A DNA stretch of 64,000 bases from a virus (IMGVR_UViG_3300026311_000001:19873-83872); one strand, 5' to 3'; positions 44,639 through 54,816 are shown, counted from the stretch's first letter. The notes: generated by a model from the letters alone, not told the origin. Translations and numbers: made by a program.

Positions 44639-45926
44639 GGACGCAAAGAGCGACCATAAACAGTTCCTCCTTCATAGATTCGACTAATGCCGACATCTCC
44701 AGAGGCTCTTCCGACAGTACCTGCCGTGAGTAAGTTTTGTTTCTGTAATCCGAATTTTAGAATATTATTTGCAGCAAGAAAATCTCTATTGTTTTCAATA
44801 CCGCATTTACTACAAGTCCAAACTCGGTCAGATAATTTTAATTCTTTATTTATTTCACCACAACCGCACATTTTAGAACTTGGTTCAAATCTTCCTATTT
44901 CTAAATAGTTACCGCCTTGTTCCTGCATCTTGTATTGCAACAAGGTATAAAATCTACCTAATCCTAAATCCGAAATAGATTGTGCAAGTTTGTGGTTTCT
45001 CATCATACCATATATGTTTAAGTTTTCACACGCAACCGTATTGTACTGTTTGGCTATCGCAGTAGTTATTTTGTGTAGGAAATCTAATCTCTGATTTGAT
45101 ATTTTCTCGTGAAGCAAAGCCACTTTTAAGTTTGCTTTTTTTCTGTTTGAGCTTCCTTTTTGCTTTTTTGAAGCTCTACGTTGTAATACTTTTAATCTTT
45201 GTATTGAGTTTTTTAAGTGTTTTGGATTTTCTATTTCAGTACCATCAGATAAAGTTGCAAATGTTTTTATTCCAGTATCAATACCAACAGCATTAACCTT
45301 CGATATAGGCTTTTGCTTCACTTTAACATCAGGTAATTCAACCGTTATTGAAACAAAGAACTTTCCAGTTGGTTTTTTCTCTATTGCTGCTGTTTTTATT
45401 TTGCCGTCAAACGTTCTGCTAATCTTAGTTTTTATCCATCCAATTTTATTTACAGATACTTTATTATTTTCAAAATCTACTTTCGTGTTTTGCGGAAATC
45501 CGACACTGTGAGTCCCTTTGTGCTTGCTCTTAAATTTTGGGAAGCCCTTCTTTTGCTTAAAGAAACGTGTAAATGCTTTGTCCATATTTACAATGGATTG
45601 CTGCAAACTTTGAGCAACAGATAGCTTTAACCACTCATATTCGGGATTCTTTTTTAACTGAGTAAGTTCGGTCATTAAAGTAAAAGCGGATATGCTTTTC
45701 TTTTCTGATTGGTATTCCTTTATACGTCTATCCAATGCCCAATTGTATACAAAACGAGCATTTCCCAGCATCTGATTTAATTGCTGTTCCTGCTCTTTGT
45801 TCGGATAAACCCTATATCGAAAACCTTTTACCATAATGCAAATATATAAAAAATATTTTAATTCCTACACAAAAGCATTAATTATTTTAGAACTCAAGAA
45901 CGCAAAGAATAAAAACGGGGTACAAC
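44623..45926 (-). mobile_element. tnpB unit bounded by perfect 10-bp GTTGTACCCC/GGGGTACAAC inverted cores
   Basis: Cores at 44623-32 and 45917-26; flanked by attC-like hairpin 45917-45975. Confidence 0.55.
44635..45834 (-). CDS. tnpB: TnpB RuvC nuclease (third subtype)
   Basis: MVKGFRYRVYPN.., AVGIDTGIKTFATLS, TVACENLNIYGM, CGCGE..CSKCG, NRDFLAANNI. Confidence 0.9.
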   Translation of the reverse strand: MVKGFRYRVYPNKEQEQQLNQMLGNARFVYNWALDRRIKEYQSEKKSISAFTLMTELTQLKKNPEYEWLKLSVAQSLQQSIVNMDKAFTRFFKQKKGFPKFKSKHKGTHSVGFPQNTKVDFENNKVSVNKIGWIKTKISRTFDGKIKTAAIEKKPTGKFFVSITVELPDVKVKQKPISKVNAVGIDTGIKTFATLSDGTEIENPKHLKNSIQRLKVLQRRASKKQKGSSNRKKANLKVALLHEKISNQRLDFLHKITTAIAKQYNTVACENLNIYGMMRNHKLAQSISDLGLGRFYTLLQYKMQEQGGNYLEIGRFEPSSKMCGCGEINKELKLSDRVWTCSKCGIENNRDFLAANNILKFGLQKQNLLTAGTVGRASGDVGISRIYEGGTVYGRSLRP

Positions 45927-45975
45927 ACGGTATAAACCGCATTAAAACGACGGCTTATACTCATCGTTAGGAGGA
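45917..45975 (-). repeat. attC-like minimal palindrome, opposite polarity
   Basis: Minus strand TCCTCCTAACGATGAGTATAAGCCGTCGTTTTAATGCGGTTTATACCGTGTTGTACCCC. 43/50 identical to 36573-36622, with compensatory arm changes. Confidence 0.7.
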
Positions 45976-46049
45976 ATTAGATTTCCTATAATTAATACTT
46001 AAAATCTCAATATTTAGAAATCATTACTTTTGAAGAAAAGTAAAAGGTA

Positions 46050-46691
46050 ATGACTTTAAAGGACGTGTTATATACTTTCTGGCATTTCGTAGGAGAGAAG
46101 AAACTTGACATATCACTTGACCAAATAAACAGGTATCTTGAATTCGCGAATGAAGAATTAAAGAGGACTGTATACGGTCGCATAGGCGAAGAAAAAGGTT
46201 TCGAGAACGAGCAACAGATAATGGATGCCTTACTACCTTTTAAAACATTTGTAAATATTTCATTGACTAACGGGGCGGGTAATTTACCTGCCGATTACTG
46301 GCATAAAGCAAGGATGGAGGTTACTTCTAACGGGTATGAGGTAAAATTTGTAACCTCGGAAGAATGTGCAAGAAGGAGAAATAATTCTATTACTCAGCCG
46401 ACTACTACTTATCCGATAGTAGAATTAAAAGATGGGATATTTCAAGTATATCCTACTTCAATAACTCAGGTTACGCTTGTATATTTAAAAAAAGGAAATA
46501 CACCAAAGATTGCATTGAAGTTAGAAAATGCCATCCAGATATATGATTCATCTAATTCGGTAGAACTTGAATGGTCAACTACCGATAAATATCTTGATAT
46601 AGTAAGGATAATGTTAGGGTATGTTAATGTACCAATATCTAACGAGCAAATATTATCTTATGTAGAACAAAAGGTAGATAAAGAAAATTAA
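46050..46691 (+). CDS. virion-module protein, function unknown
   Basis: 213-aa ORF, first of a tightly coupled + strand block. Confidence 0.5.
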   Translation: MTLKDVLYTFWHFVGEKKLDISLDQINRYLEFANEELKRTVYGRIGEEKGFENEQQIMDALLPFKTFVNISLTNGAGNLPADYWHKARMEVTSNGYEVKFVTSEECARRRNNSITQPTTTYPIVELKDGIFQVYPTSITQVTLVYLKKGNTPKIALKLENAIQIYDSSNSVELEWSTTDKYLDIVRIMLGYVNVPISNEQILSYVEQKVDKEN

Positions 46692-46693
46692 TC

Positions 46694-47485
46694 ATGACGC
46701 TAGCTCAGATATATAAAAATGTACATACGATACTATCAAAAGATGGTAATGAAGGGTTGATATCTATGGATAGGTGGAATCCTCTTATCTATTCTTTATA
46801 TCATCAGTTCATTAAGAATAAGATAGAAGAACAGTTCTATATACTTTCCAGTGGTGCGATACGTCCTAAGACTATATATTCATCAAAGCTTATCAACAAT
46901 TTAATAATTCAGGACACAACAAGTAGCACGCTGGTAGATGCTCAAAAAAGGAAGCATAATCTATCATTTACAATGTTATATTGGTTATCAGCAAAGACGG
47001 CCACTGCCTATAATGGACAGATAAGAGAAATTGAACTTATTGATGAATACGAATTAAGGAACAGACAATCATCTATGCGTAAGCCGATAGACGAATATCC
47101 GGTTGCTACAATACTAAGAGAGATAAATGGTCTTGAGACAGCTACGCCGCATAGTTATATTTATGTATGGCCTACAGATATTTCATCTATACATTTGTCA
47201 TACGTAAAAAGACCCGTTACGCCATTTTTAGATTATTATATAGATGCTAATTATCAAACACAATTCATATCGGCAGGAACTACGCAAGCGATAACAAGTG
47301 GATCGCAATACAGAGACGGGACAACGACAGGCACTAAAACATCGGCAACGGTGGAGTTGGAACTTGATGAAAATTTTCATCCTGCATTTCAGGAATATAT
47401 AGTTGGTGAGTTACAGCGTATGTTAGGAGATATGAATTCAGAACAAATAACATTAGCTAAACGGCAAATGGAGGAAAGCAAATGA
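46694..47485 (+). CDS. virion-module protein, function unknown
   Basis: 263-aa ORF. Confidence 0.5.
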   Translation: MTLAQIYKNVHTILSKDGNEGLISMDRWNPLIYSLYHQFIKNKIEEQFYILSSGAIRPKTIYSSKLINNLIIQDTTSSTLVDAQKRKHNLSFTMLYWLSAKTATAYNGQIREIELIDEYELRNRQSSMRKPIDEYPVATILREINGLETATPHSYIYVWPTDISSIHLSYVKRPVTPFLDYYIDANYQTQFISAGTTQAITSGSQYRDGTTTGTKTSATVELELDENFHPAFQEYIVGELQRMLGDMNSEQITLAKRQMEESK

Positions 47486-48093
47486 CCAAACAGGAATACA
47501 TAGATTTTGTTCATGAAGAATTAGGCGAGGCACTCAGAAAGAACATTGAGAAGCAGTCTGTGGAAGCTGCTATAAATACGGCGTATAATCAGATTGTATT
47601 CGATCTTGTAAGGGGAGGTGTAAGAAATTTTGATCTATGCAGGAAAAGATTTACAAGTATTGCCGTTACTTATGATTCAAATGCAGATGTTTATTACTCT
47701 GATTGGCCTGCCGCGATAGTTCCTCATATTAACGGAGAAATGATAGTCAGTACCGTTCAGGGATCAGGAATAAGGTTTGCGCCTATGTCAGAACAAGATG
47801 TCCTTCTTACTACCGGGCTACTCGTTGATTTAATAGACACGACAATTTATACGATAATAAAACGTGAAAGGATTGAATATTATAATATGGAAAGTCTATC
47901 TCAGGACGAGATAGACACAGGGTCAAGTCCGACTCCTAAAATATCTACTGTGAGAATGGATTTAGCTATTGAATTCAGGGAGTTCGCAACGACAGATGAG
48001 GTATACATGCCTATGGGGAGAGATTATGAGGTACTTGAATTAGCACTTGATTTCTTAAGAAAAGAACCGATTATCGACATAAGAAATAACTAA
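47482..48093 (+). CDS. virion-module protein, function unknown
   Basis: 203-aa ORF, 4-nt overlap with the upstream gene. Confidence 0.5.
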   Translation: MTKQEYIDFVHEELGEALRKNIEKQSVEAAINTAYNQIVFDLVRGGVRNFDLCRKRFTSIAVTYDSNADVYYSDWPAAIVPHINGEMIVSTVQGSGIRFAPMSEQDVLLTTGLLVDLIDTTIYTIIKRERIEYYNMESLSQDEIDTGSSPTPKISTVRMDLAIEFREFATTDEVYMPMGRDYEVLELALDFLRKEPIIDIRNN

Positions 48094-48095
48094 CG

Positions 48096-48827
48096 ATGGC
48101 AGAGATAAACACAGAAATAAAAGCATCCATATATCTTGAAGATATTGTAAATAAAGCCATTTATAAGCTGCCTGAAAACCAGAGAAGTGTTTATAACAAA
48201 AGGCGGTTTACGGAGTTTGCCATTGACGCATGCAGGGAATTAAGGTTGATGGTCACTAAAGACGGGAAGAAATGGGTCAGGGTTGCCCCCGATGGAAATA
48301 ATCGTATCGACTTTCCTTCAGATATGGAAGAATTTATAAGTCTTAATGTTCCGTACAATGGTAAGTTATGGCCGTTAACCAGGATAAATGAAATTATACC
48401 GACAAAGACGGTTGTTGGAATAGACGAGTCTCTCGACAGTTCAGCAGGGGAAGGTGTTGATTTACCAACGTCGCAAGCGGATAGTTTTACTGCCGTTGGA
48501 GGGGTTAATGCTTACGGGTATTATACACTGGATTATTATACCAAAGAAATCATAGTTAATGCCACGATACATGACGAGTTGATATTAATGTATGTGAGTT
48601 CAGGAATAAGCGGATCTACATTAACACCGATTCCTGCTAAATATGCTGCCGCTATAGTTTCTTTTATATTATTGGCAGACGTAGAACACGACAGGTCGGT
48701 GCAAGAATATATAGTAAGAAGATATCAGGCAATTTATGAACGAGAAAAGAGAAAGATAAAACTTATTGAAATGCCATCATTACAAGAGTGGCTTGATGCA
48801 TGGAACAATAAAAGTAGCGTAAGATAA
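48096..48827 (+). CDS. virion-module protein, function unknown
   Basis: 243-aa ORF. Confidence 0.5.
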   Translation: MAEINTEIKASIYLEDIVNKAIYKLPENQRSVYNKRRFTEFAIDACRELRLMVTKDGKKWVRVAPDGNNRIDFPSDMEEFISLNVPYNGKLWPLTRINEIIPTKTVVGIDESLDSSAGEGVDLPTSQADSFTAVGGVNAYGYYTLDYYTKEIIVNATIHDELILMYVSSGISGSTLTPIPAKYAAAIVSFILLADVEHDRSVQEYIVRRYQAIYEREKRKIKLIEMPSLQEWLDAWNNKSSVR

Positions 48828-51800
48828 TGCAATATGGGAATATATCACCGGCAGGTAAAAAATTAAATTGGGATGATGACCTTCATAATATTCCATTGGG
48901 AGATTCCAGGGATAGACTGGATATGGTGTATCCCGACGGAGATATATCAGTTATTGAGAGTCGCAGAGAACTTACGTTGATTAATAGAACACTTCCTCCG
49001 GGAACGAATAAATGTATAGGGAGCTGCCCGGATATTGAAAATAATGCAGAAATATTAGCAATATATAATAGTAATAATCAACATTGTATCATAAGATTTT
49101 ATCATGACAATACTTTTCAAAATATATCATATGCGAAATCCGCATGGGCTTTTCAATCTGATAAGCCCGTTACTATGTTTACTATTGGTACAGGTGATGA
49201 TACAATGTTATTTATGAATGATGGGGTAAATCCTCAGAGGCTTGTCAATATAAAAAACCTTGCAGACGGAAAATATTCTTCCCTGCAAGCTAGTGAGATT
49301 AATCTAATAAAACCATCTCCGCAGAAAAAACCGACATTAACATTATATTCCAATATTAATATAGCTACCAATAATATTTGGGGTAAGTTATTCCAATTTG
49401 CTTTTATTAATGTATTTGACACAGGGCAAAAAAGTCTTTTAGGTCATTACAGTGATATTGTTTATGATTATCGAAATGAAACTATAGCAGGGGATTACGA
49501 ATTCACGAATACAGTGAATAATTGCATTATAGTGGGGTTAGAAAGAGATTACAGCAATATTGAAAAATTGGAGTTATATGTAAGGGTAGTCGATATAGGC
49601 AGTGGCGCGTTAGGGGGATGGGTCTTGTATGATGTAATAGAGATGAGTGGGGATACTGCTGATTATTATTTTTATAATGACAAGATGGGTACCGCACCGG
49701 TAGAGTCAGTAGATTATATATATGAGGAAATACCGTTAACATCGCAAGTATCTTGTTTGGCAGACAATAGAATAATACTAGGTCAAAATAATGTAAATTA
49801 TGATAATGTAGATATTGATATTGATTTATTTTCATTTCATTATAAAAGGGTTGCTAATCCTGGCGGGATTGCATATCGTTCAGGAGATCCATATATTTCA
49901 TCTACAACAATGGATATATATTATGCCGGAGGTAATACATTGGCATCTATATATGTAGTGTTATGTAAAGTCATTAATACTGGTAATATTATAGATTCAT
50001 ACAGGAAATTTTATTATCTACATAAGGCGTCGGTGACATCAAATGCCGCTATAGTATCATTTTTCGCAGGGGCTATTACTGAGGATACCGCATGGGCAGG
50101 TGTAACTGCCAGTGTGTTAACAACGGGTGGATCTCCGCATAGATTACAGATAAACAATACAGGGTATTCTACCCATACGATATATGCCTATGCTTTTACC
50201 GCGCCTATATTGACCAAATCCCTCATTTTAAAAACAAGATGTACGGAAAAATTAGCTATATGTTATTATGATTCATATAATAGACAGGGTAGGGCTTTAA
50301 TTAAAGACCTTTCGGTAGTTATGCCAAGATATCCGGCTACTTATAATGGATATGTACATAATTATATAACATTTGTTATAAACCATTTACCCCCTTCATG
50401 GGCCGTATGTTATCGTTTTATGTATGGTACAAACGGGATATCATCTCATTTTACGATACCTGTATTGCTATATCCGACATTTACAGATACGGCAGATTTT
50501 GTAGATGATGGGCTGTATTTCAGATTGGATATTGATGCTGCGTTGAATAGGTGTTATGACATTAATGAATCATCTAATTTTAATGTATTTGACGTGCGTA
50601 AAGGAGATAGGATGCGAATTGTAGGGAGGATATCAGGGACATTAAATGAGAGCGACACATGGAAATATCAGTATTATGGGACTGAAGATATAGATGTAAC
50701 AGTGCTTGGGGTAGATGATGATGGCAAGATATTACTACCGTCACTAAAAAAATATACGTCTATATTTAATGTTTTTCTCCAATTTTACCCTATTTATTAT
50801 TTTCAGTTTTACAGGCCGATACAAAATACAGGAGAAGATAATTTAGTATACCATGAAATAGGAGATATAATGGATATTACAGGCGGGTATCATATGGTTA
50901 ATACAAGTTATAGTCCTCCTGTAGAGTCAGGGTCTATATCCATTAATAATCAAAGTGAAGGTGTCCCGGCAAGAGGGGTATTAAATTTTGGGGACACGTA
51001 CAATTTATACTACCATTTTGGTAGTTTATTTGTACATCTAGGAAGTACGGAATACAGATTGATACCTATTTGGGGGAATGTAGAGTCTGTTTCATCATCA
51101 TTCGCATATAATTCAAGAGCATTGCCATTTGGAAGGGTTAATACATATAATGCTGATCAACGAAATGAGACCCTTCATACGTTAGTATATGGAGAAAAAT
51201 ATCAAAATGCAGATCTCAAATATAATACAGTAAACAGGTTTATTACCCAACCTGTTTATATGGATATAAAAAATGGAGTTATTACCGGATTAAGTATAAA
51301 AGGTGATACATTAAGGGCGTATCAGGAAAAAAAGATTACTGTATATTATCTTAATAAAGATGAAGTAACCTATGCGGATGGGTCAAGGGCTTTGATTACC
51401 GGGAATAATTTTTTGTCGGCAAAAAACGAATTACCTTATGATGTCGGATGCTCGCATATCAATAGTATGGCAGGCACGTTATATGCTGATTATTTTTATG
51501 ATTACAGAACATCGGCATGGTATAGGTTTTCCCAAGATGGATTGCTTAATATCACTGAACCACACGAAACAAATCTTAATGCTTTTAAAATGAAAGCATA
51601 TGGGATATATTTATCAAAGTTAGTAGCCTCAGCTATAAAGGCAGGGGATACATACTATATAAGAAGCGCATTTGACCCTGTTAAGAACCTATATATTTTT
51701 ACTTATATTAATAGTACTAACCCATCTCAAAGTGTCACGTTAGGGTTTCATGAACCTACTAACTCATGGTTATCATTCTATTCATTTGCAAATGAATGGT

Positions 51801-52276
51801 ATTTCGGGATGAATGATAATAGATTTTTTTCATTAGACATGGGAAGGGTTTATGAACATCATATCTCATCTATAAGAGTAAGCACAGGATATATAAAATT
51901 ACATTTTCACACAGGGAATATAAATATATTCAGAAATATAGAGTTAGATTCTGATCAGGTATGGTCTCCAAGTAGTGAATGGGATATAACGATAAATGAT
52001 GATATGGGTGCCGTACAGAATTATGATTCATATGAATGGAACGCACCGAAGATGGCGTCTCTTTTAAAAGAGATACATTTTAAAAATTACGATACAAAAT
52101 ATATAGCATGGTTTTTAAGAAATGTACTTAACAAGAAGGGTGTTTCGGTAGGTAAGATAGGGCTTGTTAACGGGGAGTTATTACGAGGTAAGGTAATAAA
52201 CATTACTTTGCGTAATACTAAACTAACAGCTAATATTTTAAGAGCGGTAAAAATAGGGTTTGAAAATACAGTATAA
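48827..52276 (+). CDS. large virion protein (tail/baseplate-like), function unknown
   Basis: 1149-aa ORF, Y/N/T-rich beta-type composition. Confidence 0.5.
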   Translation: MQYGNISPAGKKLNWDDDLHNIPLGDSRDRLDMVYPDGDISVIESRRELTLINRTLPPGTNKCIGSCPDIENNAEILAIYNSNNQHCIIRFYHDNTFQNISYAKSAWAFQSDKPVTMFTIGTGDDTMLFMNDGVNPQRLVNIKNLADGKYSSLQASEINLIKPSPQKKPTLTLYSNINIATNNIWGKLFQFAFINVFDTGQKSLLGHYSDIVYDYRNETIAGDYEFTNTVNNCIIVGLERDYSNIEKLELYVRVVDIGSGALGGWVLYDVIEMSGDTADYYFYNDKMGTAPVESVDYIYEEIPLTSQVSCLADNRIILGQNNVNYDNVDIDIDLFSFHYKRVANPGGIAYRSGDPYISSTTMDIYYAGGNTLASIYVVLCKVINTGNIIDSYRKFYYLHKASVTSNAAIVSFFAGAITEDTAWAGVTASVLTTGGSPHRLQINNTGYSTHTIYAYAFTAPILTKSLILKTRCTEKLAICYYDSYNRQGRALIKDLSVVMPRYPATYNGYVHNYITFVINHLPPSWAVCYRFMYGTNGISSHFTIPVLLYPTFTDTADFVDDGLYFRLDIDAALNRCYDINESSNFNVFDVRKGDRMRIVGRISGTLNESDTWKYQYYGTEDIDVTVLGVDDDGKILLPSLKKYTSIFNVFLQFYPIYYFQFYRPIQNTGEDNLVYHEIGDIMDITGGYHMVNTSYSPPVESGSISINNQSEGVPARGVLNFGDTYNLYYHFGSLFVHLGSTEYRLIPIWGNVESVSSSFAYNSRALPFGRVNTYNADQRNETLHTLVYGEKYQNADLKYNTVNRFITQPVYMDIKNGVITGLSIKGDTLRAYQEKKITVYYLNKDEVTYADGSRALITGNNFLSAKNELPYDVGCSHINSMAGTLYADYFYDYRTSAWYRFSQDGLLNITEPHETNLNAFKMKAYGIYLSKLVASAIKAGDTYYIRSAFDPVKNLYIFTYINSTNPSQSVTLGFHEPTNSWLSFYSFANEWYFGMNDNRFFSLDMGRVYEHHISSIRVSTGYIKLHFHTGNINIFRNIELDSDQVWSPSSEWDITINDDMGAVQNYDSYEWNAPKMASLLKEIHFKNYDTKYIAWFLRNVLNKKGVSVGKIGLVNGELLRGKVINITLRNTKLTANILRAVKIGFENTV

Positions 52277-52309
52277 AGAAAATGTTAATTTTGGAAAAAC
52301 AATAATACG

Positions 52310-53275
52310 ATGGCATTTCGTGATCGGATGTTAGAAACATTTTTTCCTAATATAGCGAGTCAGCAAGAATCAGACGAGCAGAGAGATACTGCTATGCATA
52401 ATCTTGAGAACTTAAAGCCTAAATATGAAGAACAATATGGGCAATACAAAAAGCAAGTAGAGGAATTACTTCGTAATAACCCACAACTTGATTTAACCTC
52501 ATACATGGATATGTTGGGTGAAATAAGTTCTGGATTATCAGACATAGGAAGAAATACAGAAGTAGGTGTTGGTAGATATTTAAGGCAGGGGCAGGAGTAC
52601 ACCGATTCGATGCTTGATGAGATAATGAGTTCGACGGGCGATTATTTGTCAGGGTATAAGAAGTTAGCAAGATCGGAAATGCCGGGGATGGATATTTACA
52701 GAGATCAGATTACCAGTGGGCTATCCGGAAATATAAACATGTTAAAATCAATGGGAGGGTTGTCACAAAATTCATTGGTGTCGTTATTGCAGGGAAATCA
52801 AAGTCAAATGGCTAATTTATCGTTAGAGGCCGGACGATATAAAACACAAATGCAACAGAATTTAGCTGATGCATATTTAACATCAGGGACAGCTAGGGGA
52901 GATGCATTAAATAAAGCCGCCGGATTTAGTCAAAATGCTGCGGGAATTAGGACTAACTTAGGGCAGTTTAGCGCGGGAATAGCGGGACAACAGGCAGGAA
53001 TAGCAGGACAACAGGCTAATATGCAAAATACAATGTTCCAGAATAATGAGATGGCTCGGTGGATGGCTAATCTTAATTGGTCTATAACGCAAGCACAGTC
53101 AATGAATCCACTAGCGTTTGCCGCTGATTTATATGGATCACAGGTAGGATTTTACGAGGGAGAATCTGATGAGGCGCGCGAAGAAAGAAGGGCTAATCAG
53201 CAAGCCATGATGGATTTATTTACTACATATATGAATACAGGACAAGATGCATTACAAACGGCAGCATTAGCATAA
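52310..53275 (+). CDS. Q/G/M/N-rich internal virion protein candidate
   Basis: 321-aa ORF; low-complexity AGIAGQQAGIAGQQANMQN segment. Confidence 0.45.
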   Translation: MAFRDRMLETFFPNIASQQESDEQRDTAMHNLENLKPKYEEQYGQYKKQVEELLRNNPQLDLTSYMDMLGEISSGLSDIGRNTEVGVGRYLRQGQEYTDSMLDEIMSSTGDYLSGYKKLARSEMPGMDIYRDQITSGLSGNINMLKSMGGLSQNSLVSLLQGNQSQMANLSLEAGRYKTQMQQNLADAYLTSGTARGDALNKAAGFSQNAAGIRTNLGQFSAGIAGQQAGIAGQQANMQNTMFQNNEMARWMANLNWSITQAQSMNPLAFAADLYGSQVGFYEGESDEAREERRANQQAMMDLFTTYMNTGQDALQTAALA

Positions 53276-54816
53276 TGGCACTTATACCAACATATCAACC
53301 AGATAACATAAAACCTTTGGATTTCTCAGGGATTGGACAGTCTATGCAGAATGTTAATTATTTATTTAAGCAAAGAGCGCAAGATCAAAGGTTAAAGAAA
53401 CAGGCTATCCAAAAGGCCATGATCGAATATAATTCGGCAGAGCCTATTATGAAGAAGCATCAGGAAGTTATGACAGAGGCGATTGATATGCTTCAGGAGG
53501 AATACGCCAATATGTTAACTTATGGAGAGGACGGTAAGGTAAAAAGAGGATTCGGAGAGCCTAAAATAACGGATAAAGAGTATTTACAATGGATGCAAAA
53601 TGCCGCAAAATTAGGAGTTCAGGCTGAAAAATGGAAAAAGGATACTGACCAGGTTTATAAAGAGGTTGAAGAATATAAAAAAAATACCGATAAATATGAC
53701 GCAAGGACGTTCAATTTAAGGAATTCGGACTGGTTGGTAACGGGAGAGTATGAGCTACCCTTACTGGAAGCTGCACCGGCAAACGTATACGAATATCTTT
53801 CAAAACTTGATCCGAGGACGGACAATGAAATAAAAATTGGTACATCCAAAGTTCCAGTTGGTAATGAATGGGAAATAACGATACAATCACTTAATCCTGA
53901 GATACAGCGTCAACTTTATTATACGGCTGCAAATAATGATTACGCTTTCCAGAAGGGGTTGGTAGATATGATGATGGATGACAATGCACTCACCAAAGAT
54001 CAGAAGATAGAATACATAAGAGGCATTATCGCTCCTAATCTGCCTTACGATAAACCGGGGGAATATATGCAGAATGAGGCTGTAAGAAAACAGATATTCA
54101 AAGCACATGAAGAAGCTATGCGCGTAGTTGATGAATATGAGGTAGAGAGAAAGTTCGACCCAAGAATTATAGATGCGGCGGCCTATTATAATGACGAGAG
54201 GTTCGGACTTTCACAAAGGATAGGCATGGGGGGATCGTATAGAACACCTAACGAGACTATGATTAATTACGATGCAAGGAAGGCTAGGGAGGAAGAAGAG
54301 TATGAACCGACAGAACAAAGAACATATACTATTGATGAAATGCCGGTGGAGGGAGTTGACTTAAGTATGAGTACCAAAACAAAGCTTAGCAATTTTCAAT
54401 TACCAAAAGGTAGTTATACGATGGAGGTAGGACAGACAAAATCACAACTGGAATTAATGACTGAAAGAGCTAATGAACTAGAAAGTAAAGGAGAAAAAAA
54501 GAAGGCAAAAGAAATTAGGGACAAGATAAACAAAGGTGAATATTCTTCAGAGACAAGACGAATTACGGCTAAAAAAACATTGTCAGATACTAAAACGGCA
54601 GATTATGAAGTAGTAACTTACGGTAAAGATGGATCAGATAATAATGTTATAGTTATTAAAGAACCTGACACAGAAGATTCATACGGCAGGGGGGTAAAAG
54701 GAAGGTATATATTTGTACCAATGGAGGGGAATGAATCTATATTAAACCAGATAAACAAGAACTTTAAGAAAGATCAGGAATCGCAGAGTGATCTAATAGA
54801 AATACCAGGATTCTAA
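53275..54816 (+). CDS. virion-module protein, function unknown
   Basis: 513-aa ORF, charged and helical. Confidence 0.5.
   Translation: MALIPTYQPDNIKPLDFSGIGQSMQNVNYLFKQRAQDQRLKKQAIQKAMIEYNSAEPIMKKHQEVMTEAIDMLQEEYANMLTYGEDGKVKRGFGEPKITDKEYLQWMQNAAKLGVQAEKWKKDTDQVYKEVEEYKKNTDKYDARTFNLRNSDWLVTGEYELPLLEAAPANVYEYLSKLDPRTDNEIKIGTSKVPVGNEWEITIQSLNPEIQRQLYYTAANNDYAFQKGLVDMMMDDNALTKDQKIEYIRGIIAPNLPYDKPGEYMQNEAVRKQIFKAHEEAMRVVDEYEVERKFDPRIIDAAAYYNDERFGLSQRIGMGGSYRTPNETMINYDARKAREEEEYEPTEQRTYTIDEMPVEGVDLSMSTKTKLSNFQLPKGSYTMEVGQTKSQLELMTERANELESKGEKKKAKEIRDKINKGEYSSETRRITAKKTLSDTKTADYEVVTYGKDGSDNNVIVIKEPDTEDSYGRGVKGRYIFVPMEGNESILNQINKNFKKDQESQSDLIEIPGF

Larger units (their letters stand above)
35069..45975 (+). 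other. integron-like cassette array: 17 units separated by attC-like palindromes, no integrase in window
   Basis: See individual sites below. In every case the GTT core of site n is the reverse complement of the AAC core of site n+1. Confidence 0.6.
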
